From the NCBI GenBank assembly GCA_963676835.2, contig CAXXFF010000004.1, positions 384,001-448,000 on the forward strand: a stretch of 64,000 bases of DNA, given 5' to 3'. This document shows, in pieces, positions 10,545 through 21,120 of this stretch (the first letter of the stretch is position 1; every line of letters begins with the position of its first letter). Made by a program: the position numbers and the translations under genes. The notes under the pieces were generated by a model. The model was not told the DNA's origin. It made no database searches and worked only from the letters and a program-made list of their open reading frames with translations. The DNA is from Marispirochaeta sp. GTDB lineage: Bacteria; Spirochaetota; Spirochaetia; JC444; Marispirochaetaceae.

Positions 10545-11090
10545 ATGCACAGGAAAAGAATGCTGCCCCTGTACATCCTGCTTCTACTCGTCTTTGTTAC
10601 AGCAGGACTGTTTGCAGAGAAGGATGTTACCGGCTTCTGGAAAACCATTGACGATGAAACAGGACTGCCGAAATCGGTAATTGCCATTTACACACAGAAT
10701 GATATGCTTTTCGGCCGGGTGGTGATGATCTACGGTGACGACGGCAGAACCGTGGAAGATGATATGTACCAGAAAAATAAAATCAGCCCCTATCTGGTGG
10801 GAAATCCTCCTCTGGCAGGACTGGATATCTTCTGGGATCTTGAATATAACCTGCGAAAAGATAAATGGACCGGCGGGAAAATTATGGATCCCGGCGATGA
10901 AGAAGAAAAGCGTCCCAAAACCTACGGTGCTGAAATATGGAAAGAGGGTAGAGACCTTACGGTGCGGGGAAAAATCGCCTTTCTCGGGCGCAATCAGACC
11001 TGGAAACCCTTCTCTGCCTCGGACTTTCCTTCAGGCTTTCAGGTTCCGGATTATAAATCCTTCCGGCCTTCAATTCCGGAAATAGACTGA
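10545..11090 (+). CDS. Exported DUF2147-family protein
   Basis: Signal peptide; G.WKTIDDETG...GGKIMDP...L.VRG.I...GRNQTW pattern. Confidence 0.75.
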   Translation: MHRKRMLPLYILLLLVFVTAGLFAEKDVTGFWKTIDDETGLPKSVIAIYTQNDMLFGRVVMIYGDDGRTVEDDMYQKNKISPYLVGNPPLAGLDIFWDLEYNLRKDKWTGGKIMDPGDEEEKRPKTYGAEIWKEGRDLTVRGKIAFLGRNQTWKPFSASDFPSGFQVPDYKSFRPSIPEID

Positions 11091-11106
11091 TCCGGAAATA
11101 GACCGA
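11075..11106. repeat. Tandem 16-bp duplication spanning the DUF2147 stop codon
   Basis: TCCGGAAATAGACTGA / TCCGGAAATAGACCGA (15/16 identical). Confidence 0.8.
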
Positions 11107-11116
11107 CAAAGAAGCT

Positions 11117-13330
11117 TTAAGCGCTGCAGCCGGCACTGCCCCGGCAGATTAGCCAGGCTGCAGCAAGATAGCGGATCTTCGCCGCCCGTTTTCCCATCTC
11201 CGTTGAAAGCAGCAGTTTCAACTGTTCCCCGGCTCCGGACTCTCCGGACATGTCAGCAAGTTCCACCATCAGACGGACGCTCTCTTCTGCAAAGAAATCA
11301 GAATCGATGTTATCTACCAGTTTCCTCAGCCGTTCAGAATAGGATGAAGCCTCAATCTCACCCTTTAATGCTTTATAGCCCTCCAGGGGATTACGCAGAA
11401 AGAGTGAGAAATGACCGTAAAACCAGCCCTCCAGGCCAAGAAGCCTGGATGCACTCTGAATAAGATCATCCTCCACATGGTCATCCTGCCGAGAAATGAG
11501 TTTTTCAAAAATTACCGAAAGGGATGACTCTTTCTTAAGCAGTTCCAGGGCTTTTACAAAGTAGATAATCTCCCTGGGATTCTGACTGCGTTTAAGTTTC
11601 TCCAGAATTGAATCTGCCGCTGCACTATCCCCGATAGACCCCAGGGCCAGGGCAGCCTTACTGCGGAGAAGATAATCATCGGACTCAAGGGAATTCCGGA
11701 GCACAGACAGGGCCTCTTCCAGCATGCCCACCGTTTCGAGTTCACCGGCATAGCCTTTTTCACCAAGGATACGGGCAGCTATATGGGCGGTGGTGTATTC
11801 CCGGAAGCTTATCTCTTTCAACAGCAGCTCTACTGTCTCTTTCTCGGGTGGATATTTTTCCAGGGCCATTAGGGCATCTATGCGCACAAAAAGAATGGGA
11901 GAGTCCAGCTGCTCCCGGAGCTCTTTGAGGGTAAGACGGGTTTTATGGCGGGACATGGCGGCAATAATACCCCGCTCCTCTTCATAGGAGGTGCTGCGAC
12001 TGAGCTTGTTGAGGTAGTAGATGGACCGAAGCCCCCGTAACGTCAGGATTGTACCCATGGCATCACCTATGGGGAGATTCCGCACATCCGGAAGTCGTAT
12101 AAGCACCGGAATACTCAACAGAAAGAACAGGGTTGAAATGCCGAAATGAATCTGAAAAGGAAGTACCGCCGAGTTAATACGGGACTGAAGATAGCTTAGC
12201 AGGAACCCGCCTCCCAGAGACCCGATCATACCGAAAAGTCCACGGGTAATGTTATAGACTATGCCCAGATCCATCCGGTCTTCCGGACGGGTGGTGGAGA
12301 GGAAATAGACATCTGCGGTGGCCGGAAAGCCCCAATAGGTGAGCTGTTCAAGAAAAAACATCAGAAACAGAAAAAGCAGTACTCCCCAGGAACTTTCAAT
12401 ATCCGGGGTAATAATCAGGGGAATAAGAAAACAGAGCCGTACAGCGTTGAAAAAGAAATAGACCGGCTTTGCGCCTACCCGGTCGCTTAAAAAGCGCAGA
12501 ATTCCTGCCATACTCAATGCGCCCAGGGCGCCTGCCACGGTAAAATAGACCACCATGTTGTCTGCCTGTCCGTAAATGGTTTTGGCATAAACAACAATAA
12601 ACCCCAGGGTCATACCAATACCGGTATTGCTGAGCATTACCAGCAGAAGGATACGGGTAAACTCGGGGCGCTTAAGCGCTTCTTTAACACTTTCAATCAG
12701 AGTTCCCGACTCTGCAGCCGACGGCCGGGGAGGCGTAGGAATCTTCAGGGTGAATCCCGCGGCAAAAACTCCGGCCACAGACCCCAGAAGAATGAACAGT
12801 CCGTACATATAGAGGGAGCTCTCTATTCCCAACAGGTATGCAATCAAAAGCCCCATAATTATCATTCCGGAAAAGAGAATGATGTTATTCATGGAAATAA
12901 AAGAGCCCAGGTCGCTGCTGCGGGTGATGTATCCCTGAATGGGTTTTTCGCCGGCCAGGGCCAGACCTTTAAAGAAGTTGAAGCCGAATACTCCGAGGGT
13001 AAGTATTGTCAGTGCAACAGGACCATTGTCCCGGACAGTCGGAATCAGAGTAAGCAGCAAGGGCAGCATGACAACATACCGGGCCAGCCAGAAATAGCCC
13101 TTGGTTTTCACCGCACCGATTTTCATTACCATTCTGCGGCCGGGGAGACTGAAGAGAAAGGTAATGGAGTTAAGAGCGGAAAGAAACCCGATAAGCCGTG
13201 TACCTGCACCCAGTCTGATGGCAAACAGGAAAATAATGTTACCCACAAGAAAGCTCACGGAGATAACATTAAAGAACATAAAGAGGTAGTAATTACGCTG
13301 GGCCCGGCGAAGCTGTCCTATGCTTAACAT
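11117..13330 (-). CDS. MFS transporter fused to C-terminal HEAT-like repeats
   Basis: About 12 TM helices with SDRVGAKP loop, then VRIDALMAL, AARILG and LRSKAALALGSIG HEAT-type repeats. Confidence 0.75.
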   Translation of the reverse strand: MLSIGQLRRAQRNYYLFMFFNVISVSFLVGNIIFLFAIRLGAGTRLIGFLSALNSITFLFSLPGRRMVMKIGAVKTKGYFWLARYVVMLPLLLTLIPTVRDNGPVALTILTLGVFGFNFFKGLALAGEKPIQGYITRSSDLGSFISMNNIILFSGMIIMGLLIAYLLGIESSLYMYGLFILLGSVAGVFAAGFTLKIPTPPRPSAAESGTLIESVKEALKRPEFTRILLLVMLSNTGIGMTLGFIVVYAKTIYGQADNMVVYFTVAGALGALSMAGILRFLSDRVGAKPVYFFFNAVRLCFLIPLIITPDIESSWGVLLFLFLMFFLEQLTYWGFPATADVYFLSTTRPEDRMDLGIVYNITRGLFGMIGSLGGGFLLSYLQSRINSAVLPFQIHFGISTLFFLLSIPVLIRLPDVRNLPIGDAMGTILTLRGLRSIYYLNKLSRSTSYEEERGIIAAMSRHKTRLTLKELREQLDSPILFVRIDALMALEKYPPEKETVELLLKEISFREYTTAHIAARILGEKGYAGELETVGMLEEALSVLRNSLESDDYLLRSKAALALGSIGDSAAADSILEKLKRSQNPREIIYFVKALELLKKESSLSVIFEKLISRQDDHVEDDLIQSASRLLGLEGWFYGHFSLFLRNPLEGYKALKGEIEASSYSERLRKLVDNIDSDFFAEESVRLMVELADMSGESGAGEQLKLLLSTEMGKRAAKIRYLAAAWLICRGSAGCSA

Positions 13331-13426
13331 CAGGTTATCCTAATGCTGAACCGCCTGGCGATACAAGCGGGCATCTCAAGCTTTTAAAAAAAGACAAATC
13401 AATTATTACTTAGAACACTAAACACC

Positions 13427-13456
13427 TTGACACAAGCAAAGAAGATCTGTTACGGT
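13427..13456 (+). promoter_or_regulatory. sigma70-type promoter for ablAB
   Basis: TTGACA-N18-TACGGT with a TGn extension; implies a leader of about 170 nt. Confidence 0.5.
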
Positions 13457-13633
13457 ACATATATTAACATCGTGATCTTATCTGGTATATATAATTACAA
13501 TACAACTATTTAAATCCTCTAACAACGCTGCGTCCGGCCAAGTCGCTGCAAGCGACGAATCATTGTCAATCGTATTATATTTTGTATTCTAAATTTCTAC
13601 ATATACCATTTCAAACAGGAAAAGGAGTATCTT

Positions 13634-14938
13634 ATGTTATCAGTGCAGCAGGAAACCATTGCCAATAAACTGGAAGAAACATCCGGCAGAGACCGCTGGA
13701 AAGACTGGAAGTGGCAGCTTAAACATTCTGTATCAGATCTTGAAAGTTTTGAGTCCCTTACGGGCATAAAATTTGATCCCGAAGAACGAATGGAAATAGA
13801 AAAAACCCTGGACCGTTTCCCCCTGTCAATTACACCCTATTACCTTTCTCTGATCGATACCGAAGACTATCACAACGACCCGATATTCAAGCAGTCATTC
13901 CCCTCTGTTAAGGAGCTAACCGTACAGAAATGCGAAACAGCAGACCCCCTGCACGAGGAGCACGACAGCCCCGCACCGGGAATTACCCACAGATACCCGG
14001 ACCGCGTGCTGTTTCATATCAGCAATACCTGTTCAATGTACTGCCGGCACTGCACACGAAAACGCAAAGTGGGTGATTCCGATTTTATCCCCGGCAGAGG
14101 CAAACTGGAGAAGGGAATAGAATACATACGGCAGACCCTGTCGATTAGAGACGTCCTCCTTTCAGGCGGCGATCCTTTCATGCTCTCCGACGACTACCTG
14201 GACTGGATTCTGGGAGAAATATCATCAATACCCCATGTTGAACTTATCCGCATCGGCAGCCGCATGCCCGTTGTTTTGCCTTACCGGATCACTGATAACC
14301 TTATACGGGTATTGAAGAAGCACCACCCTGTCTGGCTGAATACCCACTTCAACCACCCCCGGGAGATGACACAATCATCCAGAACCGCATTGCAGAAACT
14401 CGCGGACGCCGGAATACCCCTGGGGAACCAGTCGGTACTGCTCCGGGATGTTAACGACTGCCCAAGAATAATAAAGAGCCTTGTACATAAACTTGTAGCA
14501 AACAGAGTACGCCCCTACTACCTCTACCAGTGCGACCTGTCAGAAGGGCTTTCTCACTTCAGAACCCCTGTGGGCAAGGGAATAGAAATTGTCGAGAGCC
14601 TTATCGGCCATACCAGCGGATTCGCCGTTCCCACCTATGTTATAGATGCTCCGGGAGGCGGCGGAAAAATACCGGTAATGCCTAACTACCTTATCTCCTG
14701 GTCTGCCAACAAGGTCGCTCTGAGAAATTACGAGGGTGTAATTTCTGTATACCATGAGCCGGATGCATACCCCTTTACCTACTGTGATCGGGAATGCGAA
14801 GAGTGCCATCTTCAGCTGAAACTGGATGATGCGGAGGAAAAGAAAGCCATAGGCATAGAGGGACTCCTGTCGGACTGGGACGAAATGTCTTCCCTTGTAC
14901 CTTCCGATAACGCACGGCTGGAGCGGCGAGATGACTGA
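13634..14938 (+). CDS. ablA: Lysine 2,3-aminomutase
   Basis: Radical-[23 protein letters not shown] motif [11 protein letters not shown]-terminal [16 protein letters not shown]. Confidence 0.95.
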   Translation: MLSVQQETIANKLEETSGRDRWKDWKWQLKHSVSDLESFESLTGIKFDPEERMEIEKTLDRFPLSITPYYLSLIDTEDYHNDPIFKQSFPSVKELTVQKCETADPLHEEHDSPAPGITHRYPDRVLFHISNTCSMYCRHCTRKRKVGDSDFIPGRGKLEKGIEYIRQTLSIRDVLLSGGDPFMLSDDYLDWILGEISSIPHVELIRIGSRMPVVLPYRITDNLIRVLKKHHPVWLNTHFNHPREMTQSSRTALQKLADAGIPLGNQSVLLRDVNDCPRIIKSLVHKLVANRVRPYYLYQCDLSEGLSHFRTPVGKGIEIVESLIGHTSGFAVPTYVIDAPGGGGKIPVMPNYLISWSANKVALRNYEGVISVYHEPDAYPFTYCDRECEECHLQLKLDDAEEKKAIGIEGLLSDWDEMSSLVPSDNARLERRDD

Positions 14939-15818
14939 AACATTCCCCGGCACAGCCGCGGATAGAAGCGAACTTATAGGGAAAAGCACAATTCAGCATG
15001 GACCTCTGAATGACCGGATATACCTTATGGATCCGGCACCGGAGGATTATCCGGAAATACTGGAAGACCTAGACCGGATCCAGAAAGAAAACAGCTACAC
15101 CAAAATATTCTGCATTATCCCCGAGGAGATGGCAGAAGGCTTCCTGGCCCGGGGATACCGGGAAGAGGCAAGAATCCCCGGATTCTTCAGAGGAAGGCAG
15201 GCCGGAGTTTTTGCATCCCGCTTCCACTCGGAGGAGCGAAGCAAACGTCCGCATGAGGCTATCAGCGAACTGCACCGGGTTCTTGAAGAACACAGGAGCC
15301 GAAAGGGAAGCCCGCCTCCCCTGCCAGACCGGTTTACCATCCGCCGGATTGAGACACAGAATGTGCCCGATCTCTGCAGGTTGTTTTCCGAGGTCTTTCC
15401 CCGTTACCCCTTCCCGATACAGGAAGAGGAGTTCATCCTGAACACAATGAAGGAGAAAACCACCTATTTCGGCGTCTGGGATAACGAAACGCTGGCAGGA
15501 GCTGCATCGGCAGAAAAAAACTACCGTGCCATGGCAATTGAAATGACAGATTTTGCAGTCCAGCCCCGGTACCGCGGGAATGCCCTGGGACAGCATCTGC
15601 TTGCCGCGCTGGAACAGTACGCGGCAGCGGAAGGATTCCTCACGGCTTACACCATCGCAAGACTCAACTCATGCGGAATGAACCTGGTTTTTCACCGAGG
15701 AGGATACAGCTTTGCCGGACCCCTGGTTAACAATACCTGTATTTCCGACGGTATTGAATCAATGAATGTGTGGTACAAGCCCCTTGTTAACAGCAATTCA
15801 GCTCAGGGAAACAGCTGA
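14931..15818 (+). CDS. ablB: Beta-lysine N-acetyltransferase (GNAT)
   Basis: Overlaps the ablA end. [35 protein letters not shown]...GMN and NNTCI...ESMNVWYK signatures. Confidence 0.9.
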   Translation: MTETFPGTAADRSELIGKSTIQHGPLNDRIYLMDPAPEDYPEILEDLDRIQKENSYTKIFCIIPEEMAEGFLARGYREEARIPGFFRGRQAGVFASRFHSEERSKRPHEAISELHRVLEEHRSRKGSPPPLPDRFTIRRIETQNVPDLCRLFSEVFPRYPFPIQEEEFILNTMKEKTTYFGVWDNETLAGAASAEKNYRAMAIEMTDFAVQPRYRGNALGQHLLAALEQYAAAEGFLTAYTIARLNSCGMNLVFHRGGYSFAGPLVNNTCISDGIESMNVWYKPLVNSNSAQGNS

Positions 15819-16870
15819 ACCCCGAAGGACAGCTGATGTCCTGCATGCCGGAAGGGAGATACTCCGTCAATCTCTTCCGACCCGAAGCCCATGAGCCCGA
15901 CTGTGAGCACCTCCGGAGTGTAGCGGTAATCGGCAAACAGGTTGAATGACTCCCCTGCCCCCAGAGAAAGACCGGCTCCGGGAACAGCAAAAAGATCGGC
16001 GCTGAAATAGCGATCGTCAGATCCGCTGGAGAAACTGAGCCTGCCGCCAAGGGAGACACCAAAATAGATATGGGAAAGATAGGGTAAGACTTCAATATAG
16101 CGCCAGAGCGGGACTCTGATGAGGATTCGCTTTGCACCGGAAAAGTTGTGCATATCAAACTCTCCGTCATCCCCGGAAAGGGAAAGCCAGCTGTAGCCAA
16201 GCTCCCAGCCGGTTACAAAGAACCCTTCGGAGTCTTCATAAAAGCCCAGCCCGATACCCAGTCCGGGACCATCGGAATCACTCTGATCATCGTTACTCCA
16301 GCGGTAGCGAATAACCCGGGCAAGATCGGCCTCAAGGCGTATTTCAAGCAGTTCCGGATAGCTGGTCTCGCCGGTATATTCACGGCGGCGGTAGAGGCTG
16401 GTCATATCGGACTTCTCAACTTCTATAGAGGCCGAAGATACAACCTGCTGATCTTCCACGCTTACCAGCTGAACCATTATCTTTACACCCTTATTACTGT
16501 ACCCGGGGCGGGTAAACTCCCGGGCGGTACCGAAGACCATGCAGTCCGCACCAACAGCCTGCCCCAGTTCCGCTACGGTTTCATCCGCCACAGCGCCGGA
16601 AAGCTGAAAGCTCAGCTCCTCACTTATTTTCTCCACATTGCGCCGTTCCACCACCGGAACACCGGCACGGATCAGGGCTTCGGTTATCTCGTCTGCAATA
16701 AAACGCCCCTGCCTGCGGCTGCTGTCGGTTTCAATTTCGGCTACCGCCAGAGTAAGCTGTTCATCGGAAACAGCCTCCATGAGATCCTTCGCAAGGTCAT
16801 CGTAGGGTCCTGCAAAAAGTGTAAACGAAAAAAGCAGAACATTGAGAAAAACAACGAATACCCGCATCAT
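15803..16870 (-). CDS. Exported protein with FlgO/CsgG-like N-domain and probable outer-membrane beta-barrel C-domain
   Basis: Signal peptide ending LFA, VVERRNVEKISEELSFQLSGAV motif, alternating beta strands ending [10 protein letters not shown]. Confidence 0.6.
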   Translation of the reverse strand: MMRVFVVFLNVLLFSFTLFAGPYDDLAKDLMEAVSDEQLTLAVAEIETDSSRRQGRFIADEITEALIRAGVPVVERRNVEKISEELSFQLSGAVADETVAELGQAVGADCMVFGTAREFTRPGYSNKGVKIMVQLVSVEDQQVVSSASIEVEKSDMTSLYRRREYTGETSYPELLEIRLEADLARVIRYRWSNDDQSDSDGPGLGIGLGFYEDSEGFFVTGWELGYSWLSLSGDDGEFDMHNFSGAKRILIRVPLWRYIEVLPYLSHIYFGVSLGGRLSFSSGSDDRYFSADLFAVPGAGLSLGAGESFNLFADYRYTPEVLTVGLMGFGSEEIDGVSPFRHAGHQLSFGVQLFP

Positions 16871-17098
16871 TTTGATCTCCTTAATCTTAATAATTTATTC
16901 TGAGAGAAGAAAAAGCAAGGACCTTTTCAATTGCCATGGAAATCAGAATACATCTGTAGTTGATACAGTTATTTAACCGGATAATCCCGCGATATATGGC
17001 CATCGGTATTATCAAACATAAAAACCTGACAGTTCACCATTTCCGACAGTGAATGATTTTGCTGCAGATTAAAGACTGCATAATAGAGGATAAAGGAA

Positions 17099-17791
17099 CT
17101 ATTGTATTTCGACTTTCATAAGATGGTTATAGATTTTCTTCAACTTTAATATTCCTATTACCTTCCCTAAGCCAATAAAGACATATTTCAAGATGAACAA
17201 GCTAAGGATAAAGGGTACCAGACTAATTGCACTTGCCAATTCAACTATTTGCACTGATAGAACCACCGGTGTAATAATCCATTTCAGTAAGTTACCGAAC
17301 AAACAACCTATCGTCCTCTCAAAAGAAAAACCAAAGAAAATGGTAATAAACAATTTTACAGGAATAAATATATAGCTAATCAGCATCCCGAAGGGACTTT
17401 TTATACTCTTTGTTAGAGTATCACTTTCTACACCTGAATTAAAGTGTTCTTTTGAGTAAGTGCTCTGTTGTATTAGTATCTTTATATAGAGAATCAACGT
17501 TAAAAACAGCAGACAGGGATATCCAAATATCAGCATAAAAGCGTTTTTAACCACCCTTAAAATGAAATCTACAGGTTTAAAAACATTAATATCGGATAGA
17601 CTGAATATATCTAATTGGTTTTGTTTAAAGACATCGTTATAAAAGTTACTCTTTTCCAAGAGATGCTTTTTAAAATCGTAAACCTTACTATCCCAGTCGC
17701 CATCCATGAAGTTGTATTGGTTCATGAGGTAAATTTTCTTATTGCAGTTCCGTATTGCTTTAACAAATATATTATTTCGACTTATCTTCAT
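17099..17791 (-). CDS. AT-rich hypothetical membrane protein
   Basis: 230-aa ORF with GAGG SD and several hydrophobic segments; markedly more AT-rich than its flanks. Confidence 0.6.
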   Translation of the reverse strand: MKISRNNIFVKAIRNCNKKIYLMNQYNFMDGDWDSKVYDFKKHLLEKSNFYNDVFKQNQLDIFSLSDINVFKPVDFILRVVKNAFMLIFGYPCLLFLTLILYIKILIQQSTYSKEHFNSGVESDTLTKSIKSPFGMLISYIFIPVKLFITIFFGFSFERTIGCLFGNLLKWIITPVVLSVQIVELASAISLVPFILSLFILKYVFIGLGKVIGILKLKKIYNHLMKVEIQ

Positions 17792-17955
17792 ACTTACCTC
17801 AATTTTATGATGAAATATACTGTTTTATAGATTATTGAACCTTTTACAGAGAAAATCAACGGCTAATATACCTTGAAACAGGAAACCGTTATAGATATCA
17901 CCAGCCAGCATCTTTTTAAGTAATTTCCAATCTGTTTTACATGGTATTATACACT

Positions 17956-18864
17956 ATGGGCATTTCCAGACGGATAGACGGAAACCTCATAAAAGACCTC
18001 CCCTCTTTCAGAAAAATTAATCCCTTTGTAATGCGGGGCCGTAACGAATCTGTAATATACTTCTCCCAAACCGTAGACATAACAGAAACTCGCCGATACC
18101 TGAGAGAAGCGAACAAATCCCGCATAGCCGCTCAGCGTCTGGGGCTTTTTCATGTAATTCTGGCTGCAGCTGTCCGTACTGTGGCATTACGCCCCCAGTT
18201 GAACCGCTTTGTTTCGGGACAGCTGATCTATCAGAGAAACCGGCTGCAGATCTCTTTTATGGTAAAAAAGGAGATGACCGACGAGGGACAGGAGACAAAC
18301 GCCAAGATTACCTTTTCGCCCCTGGATACTCTTGATGATGTTCAGAAGCGGACCAGTCATGCAATAGACGGATCCAGAAATATTGAGGGCAACGTAAGTG
18401 ATCATGAGGTTGATTTCTTCGGCAGACTTCCCCGGTTTATGATCAACATGGTGGTAAAGGCCTTCCGCTTTCTCGATTACTTCGGCCTTGCACCGAATAA
18501 AATGGTTGAGATTGATCCTCTATTTACCAGTATTTACGCCGCACATCTGGGAAGCCTCGGACTGGATGCAGCATTTCATCATCTGTATGAGTGGGGCAAT
18601 GCGTCTTTATTCATGGTAATCGGGAAAGTTTATCGCGGTATTTTTACCGATAAAAACGGTTCCATCCGAACATCTCCGGCGGTGGACATAAACTTTACCC
18701 TGGATGACCGCATATCCGAGGGGATCTATACCGGCAAGGCACTATCTCTTTTTCAGGAATTTCTGCAAAACCCGGTGCTTCTACAGGAGCCTCCGGATCT
18801 TTCAAGTGAGCTTATAGAAGAGCTTAATCTCCTGCCGGTGGAACCGCCGCCTGAACCCCGCTGA
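17956..18864 (+). CDS. Stand-alone 2-oxoacid dehydrogenase E2-like acyltransferase catalytic domain
   Basis: RPQLNRFV, HLGSLG and TLDDRISEG (aligns with the DHRxxDG motif); no lipoyl domain. Start is either 17941 or 17956. Confidence 0.75.
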   Translation: MGISRRIDGNLIKDLPSFRKINPFVMRGRNESVIYFSQTVDITETRRYLREANKSRIAAQRLGLFHVILAAAVRTVALRPQLNRFVSGQLIYQRNRLQISFMVKKEMTDEGQETNAKITFSPLDTLDDVQKRTSHAIDGSRNIEGNVSDHEVDFFGRLPRFMINMVVKAFRFLDYFGLAPNKMVEIDPLFTSIYAAHLGSLGLDAAFHHLYEWGNASLFMVIGKVYRGIFTDKNGSIRTSPAVDINFTLDDRISEGIYTGKALSLFQEFLQNPVLLQEPPDLSSELIEELNLLPVEPPPEPR

Positions 18865-19549
18865 CAAACAGCAGCCCAGGCAGGCTGAAGGCCATAATCC
18901 CGTTCGTCCCGATAATACCCTCCACAGGTTTAAACGAAAACCCTGCATCAGGAACATCAATTCTTATACGGCCCCCGTCAGCAACCCGGTAAGTTCCGGT
19001 AATATCAGCTTCCGCCGAGTGAAGTGCAAGGGTTCCATCGGAATAGAAATCCATTCCTGTCCATACAGATGAACCCATCGCCTTCCAGCGCAGATTCTGC
19101 AGCAGATACCGGGCATCCTGCATTCCGGATGGATCAAACCCGGCAATCCGGTAAAAGCGGTATTCATCCTGAAGGGCAGTCAGATCCGGGTCAGACAGCA
19201 TTTTGTCGCGATAGGAAGACCGCAGCCGTACACTCCTCTCCAGCGCGTTGAACGCTTTCGGCGCCAGCTCCTCCCTTCTTTCCGGATCGCGCTGAATAAG
19301 GATTGCCGCAGTGCAGGCATAATTATACCAGCCATAGACGTAGGAGGAGTCAGCCTCCACCGCTGCTTCAAAAAGGGGAAGAGCGTCGGCAAACTGCTGT
19401 TCAGAGTAAAGAGTAAAACCCCGCTCATTCAGCTCCACCGCCGCAGCATGGTCCGTACCCGGAAGAGCCGCGAGACTGTTCAGGCAGAACAGAAAGACAA
19501 GCATGAATATTAGGAGAAACAGTAAACCTGAACGAAACAATCCGGCCAT
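18824..19549 (-). CDS. Exported TPR-containing protein
   Basis: Signal peptide, LNERGFTLY...WYNYAC TPR and DPDL end motif. Start inferred. Confidence 0.65.
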   Translation of the reverse strand: MAGLFRSGLLFLLIFMLVFLFCLNSLAALPGTDHAAAVELNERGFTLYSEQQFADALPLFEAAVEADSSYVYGWYNYACTAAILIQRDPERREELAPKAFNALERSVRLRSSYRDKMLSDPDLTALQDEYRFYRIAGFDPSGMQDARYLLQNLRWKAMGSSVWTGMDFYSDGTLALHSAEADITGTYRVADGGRIRIDVPDAGFSFKPVEGIIGTNGIMAFSLPGLLFVSGVQAAVPPAGD

Positions 19550-19616
19550 AGCCGCAAGTCTACGCAGGTCTCCGGCTAAAAGCAAGCCGGGCTCTTTCCA
19601 TCCAGGTTTTTCCTGC

Positions 19617-20855
19617 CTAGACTTTCCCTGGTCTGGACGCATAGAAGAACGCACCCGCCGCAGCTGTAGATACCAGGGCCATAAAAAGAAAGCCATCCTG
19701 CAGACTCTTATGCTGCCCGATAAAGCCCACCAGGGGAAACATCATTATCATCATCAGAGAAAACACCATGCTCTGAAAACTGAGAACCGTTGCACGGTAG
19801 GCCGACGGAATGAGCCTGTTTATGTACCCGCTTACGGAAACCAGCAGCAGCCCCTCAAAAAAACCGGAACAGATAAAGAAGAGCGCAGGCACAGGCGTCA
19901 AAGCAATACCCCACATGCACCCCGCCACCAGCACCGGGGCCAGCAGCAGAAGACGGCGCTCACCCAGGCGGGCATCAACCTTAGAAGCCAGCAAGCTCGT
20001 AACACCCGCAACACTGCACTGTAGGGCGAAAACAACACCGATATAAAACTCTGTACGGCCGCCGTTTTTCCAGAAATTCTGCAAATAGAAGAAAGCGGTG
20101 GTGGCAAATACAAAGGGAACCTCGCTGCAGAGAATAAGGAATGCAATTCTCGGGCGCTTCCGGATTACCCCCAGGCTTAAAAAAGTCTGTTTTATAAGCG
20201 TTGCCGCCCCCGGGATTCTTTCACTTACTTCTTTTTTTTCTTCCTGTCCTTTTTTGCTTCTTTTCTCCATGAACGGAGGTTCCGTAAAAAATATACCCAC
20301 AATCAATGCGGCCAGTACCAGCACAGCCGTACCGAGAAAATTGATTTCAACATGATTAACCGCCAGATAACCGCCCGCAAGAAAAGCAGTAACCGAAGCC
20401 GTCTGTATAACGAACTCCAGCCGCCCCTTAACCCGCAGATACGCATTTTCCCGGCCCAGGATTTTCATGGAATCATACAGCAGTGCCTCTCCTGAACCCG
20501 ACTCCAGATTATAGTTGACTGCACAGAGCACAAAGCCGATTAACTGCAGCGAAAAACTGCGGCTGAAAAACATAAATAACAGACTGGCAAGAAAAAACAG
20601 CCGTCCCGCGAGCCTGCTTGCCTTTCTGCCCCATAAATCCGCCACAGCCCCGGTGGGGACCTCCATAACAAGTGAGGTAACATGGAACACAGACTCAAAA
20701 ATGCCGAGCTGAATAAGGGAGAATCCCCGGAATGCCAGAAAAATCATCCAGATTCCCCGGGTAAGATCCGAGAAAAACAGGAAACTGTAAATATAGTTGA
20801 GATAGATATTGGCGGACAGCCTTTTACGGCTGTCACCTTTCGGCAGTAAATTCAT
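19617..20855 (-). CDS. MFS transporter
   Basis: EVPTGAVADLWGRK motif A, ESGSGEALLYDS and IPSAYRATVLS motifs; about 12 TM helices. Confidence 0.88.
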   Translation of the reverse strand: MNLLPKGDSRKRLSANIYLNYIYSFLFFSDLTRGIWMIFLAFRGFSLIQLGIFESVFHVTSLVMEVPTGAVADLWGRKASRLAGRLFFLASLLFMFFSRSFSLQLIGFVLCAVNYNLESGSGEALLYDSMKILGRENAYLRVKGRLEFVIQTASVTAFLAGGYLAVNHVEINFLGTAVLVLAALIVGIFFTEPPFMEKRSKKGQEEKKEVSERIPGAATLIKQTFLSLGVIRKRPRIAFLILCSEVPFVFATTAFFYLQNFWKNGGRTEFYIGVVFALQCSVAGVTSLLASKVDARLGERRLLLLAPVLVAGCMWGIALTPVPALFFICSGFFEGLLLVSVSGYINRLIPSAYRATVLSFQSMVFSLMMIMMFPLVGFIGQHKSLQDGFLFMALVSTAAAGAFFYASRPGKV

Positions 20856-20933
20856 TCCAACCCTCACCTGATCGTATCCTGACACAAATACGGAGTGTTA
20901 AAGGGATTCCTGACTTTTTAAGGGTTACCCCTT

Positions 20934-20955
20934 CTCTTCAGCCGGATTGGAATCG
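20934..20955. repeat. Left copy of 22-bp direct repeat bounding the R-M island
   Basis: CTCTTCAGCCGGATTGGAATCG, identical to 28606-28627. Confidence 0.9.
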
Positions 20956-21120
20956 ACAGTTTTATCTTATCATGGATCCCGGGTAGAAAAAAGACCAATG
21001 CTGCTGCCTGTTAACGCTTTTAAGCTCTGTCGCCATAGCCGACAAAGTCCCATTGCAATTGCGTTTTCATGGAAAAATACACCCGTATGTTCCTGGATCG
21101 ATCTTTTGTGCCATTGTCAC

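Noticed and set aside
13517..13580. CTCTAAC... palindrome as an integron attC site
   Set aside because: No matching GTTRRRY end, no cassette array and no integrase.
20956..21120. Possible gene remnant after hsdM
   Set aside because: Only very short frames that I cannot assign to any family.
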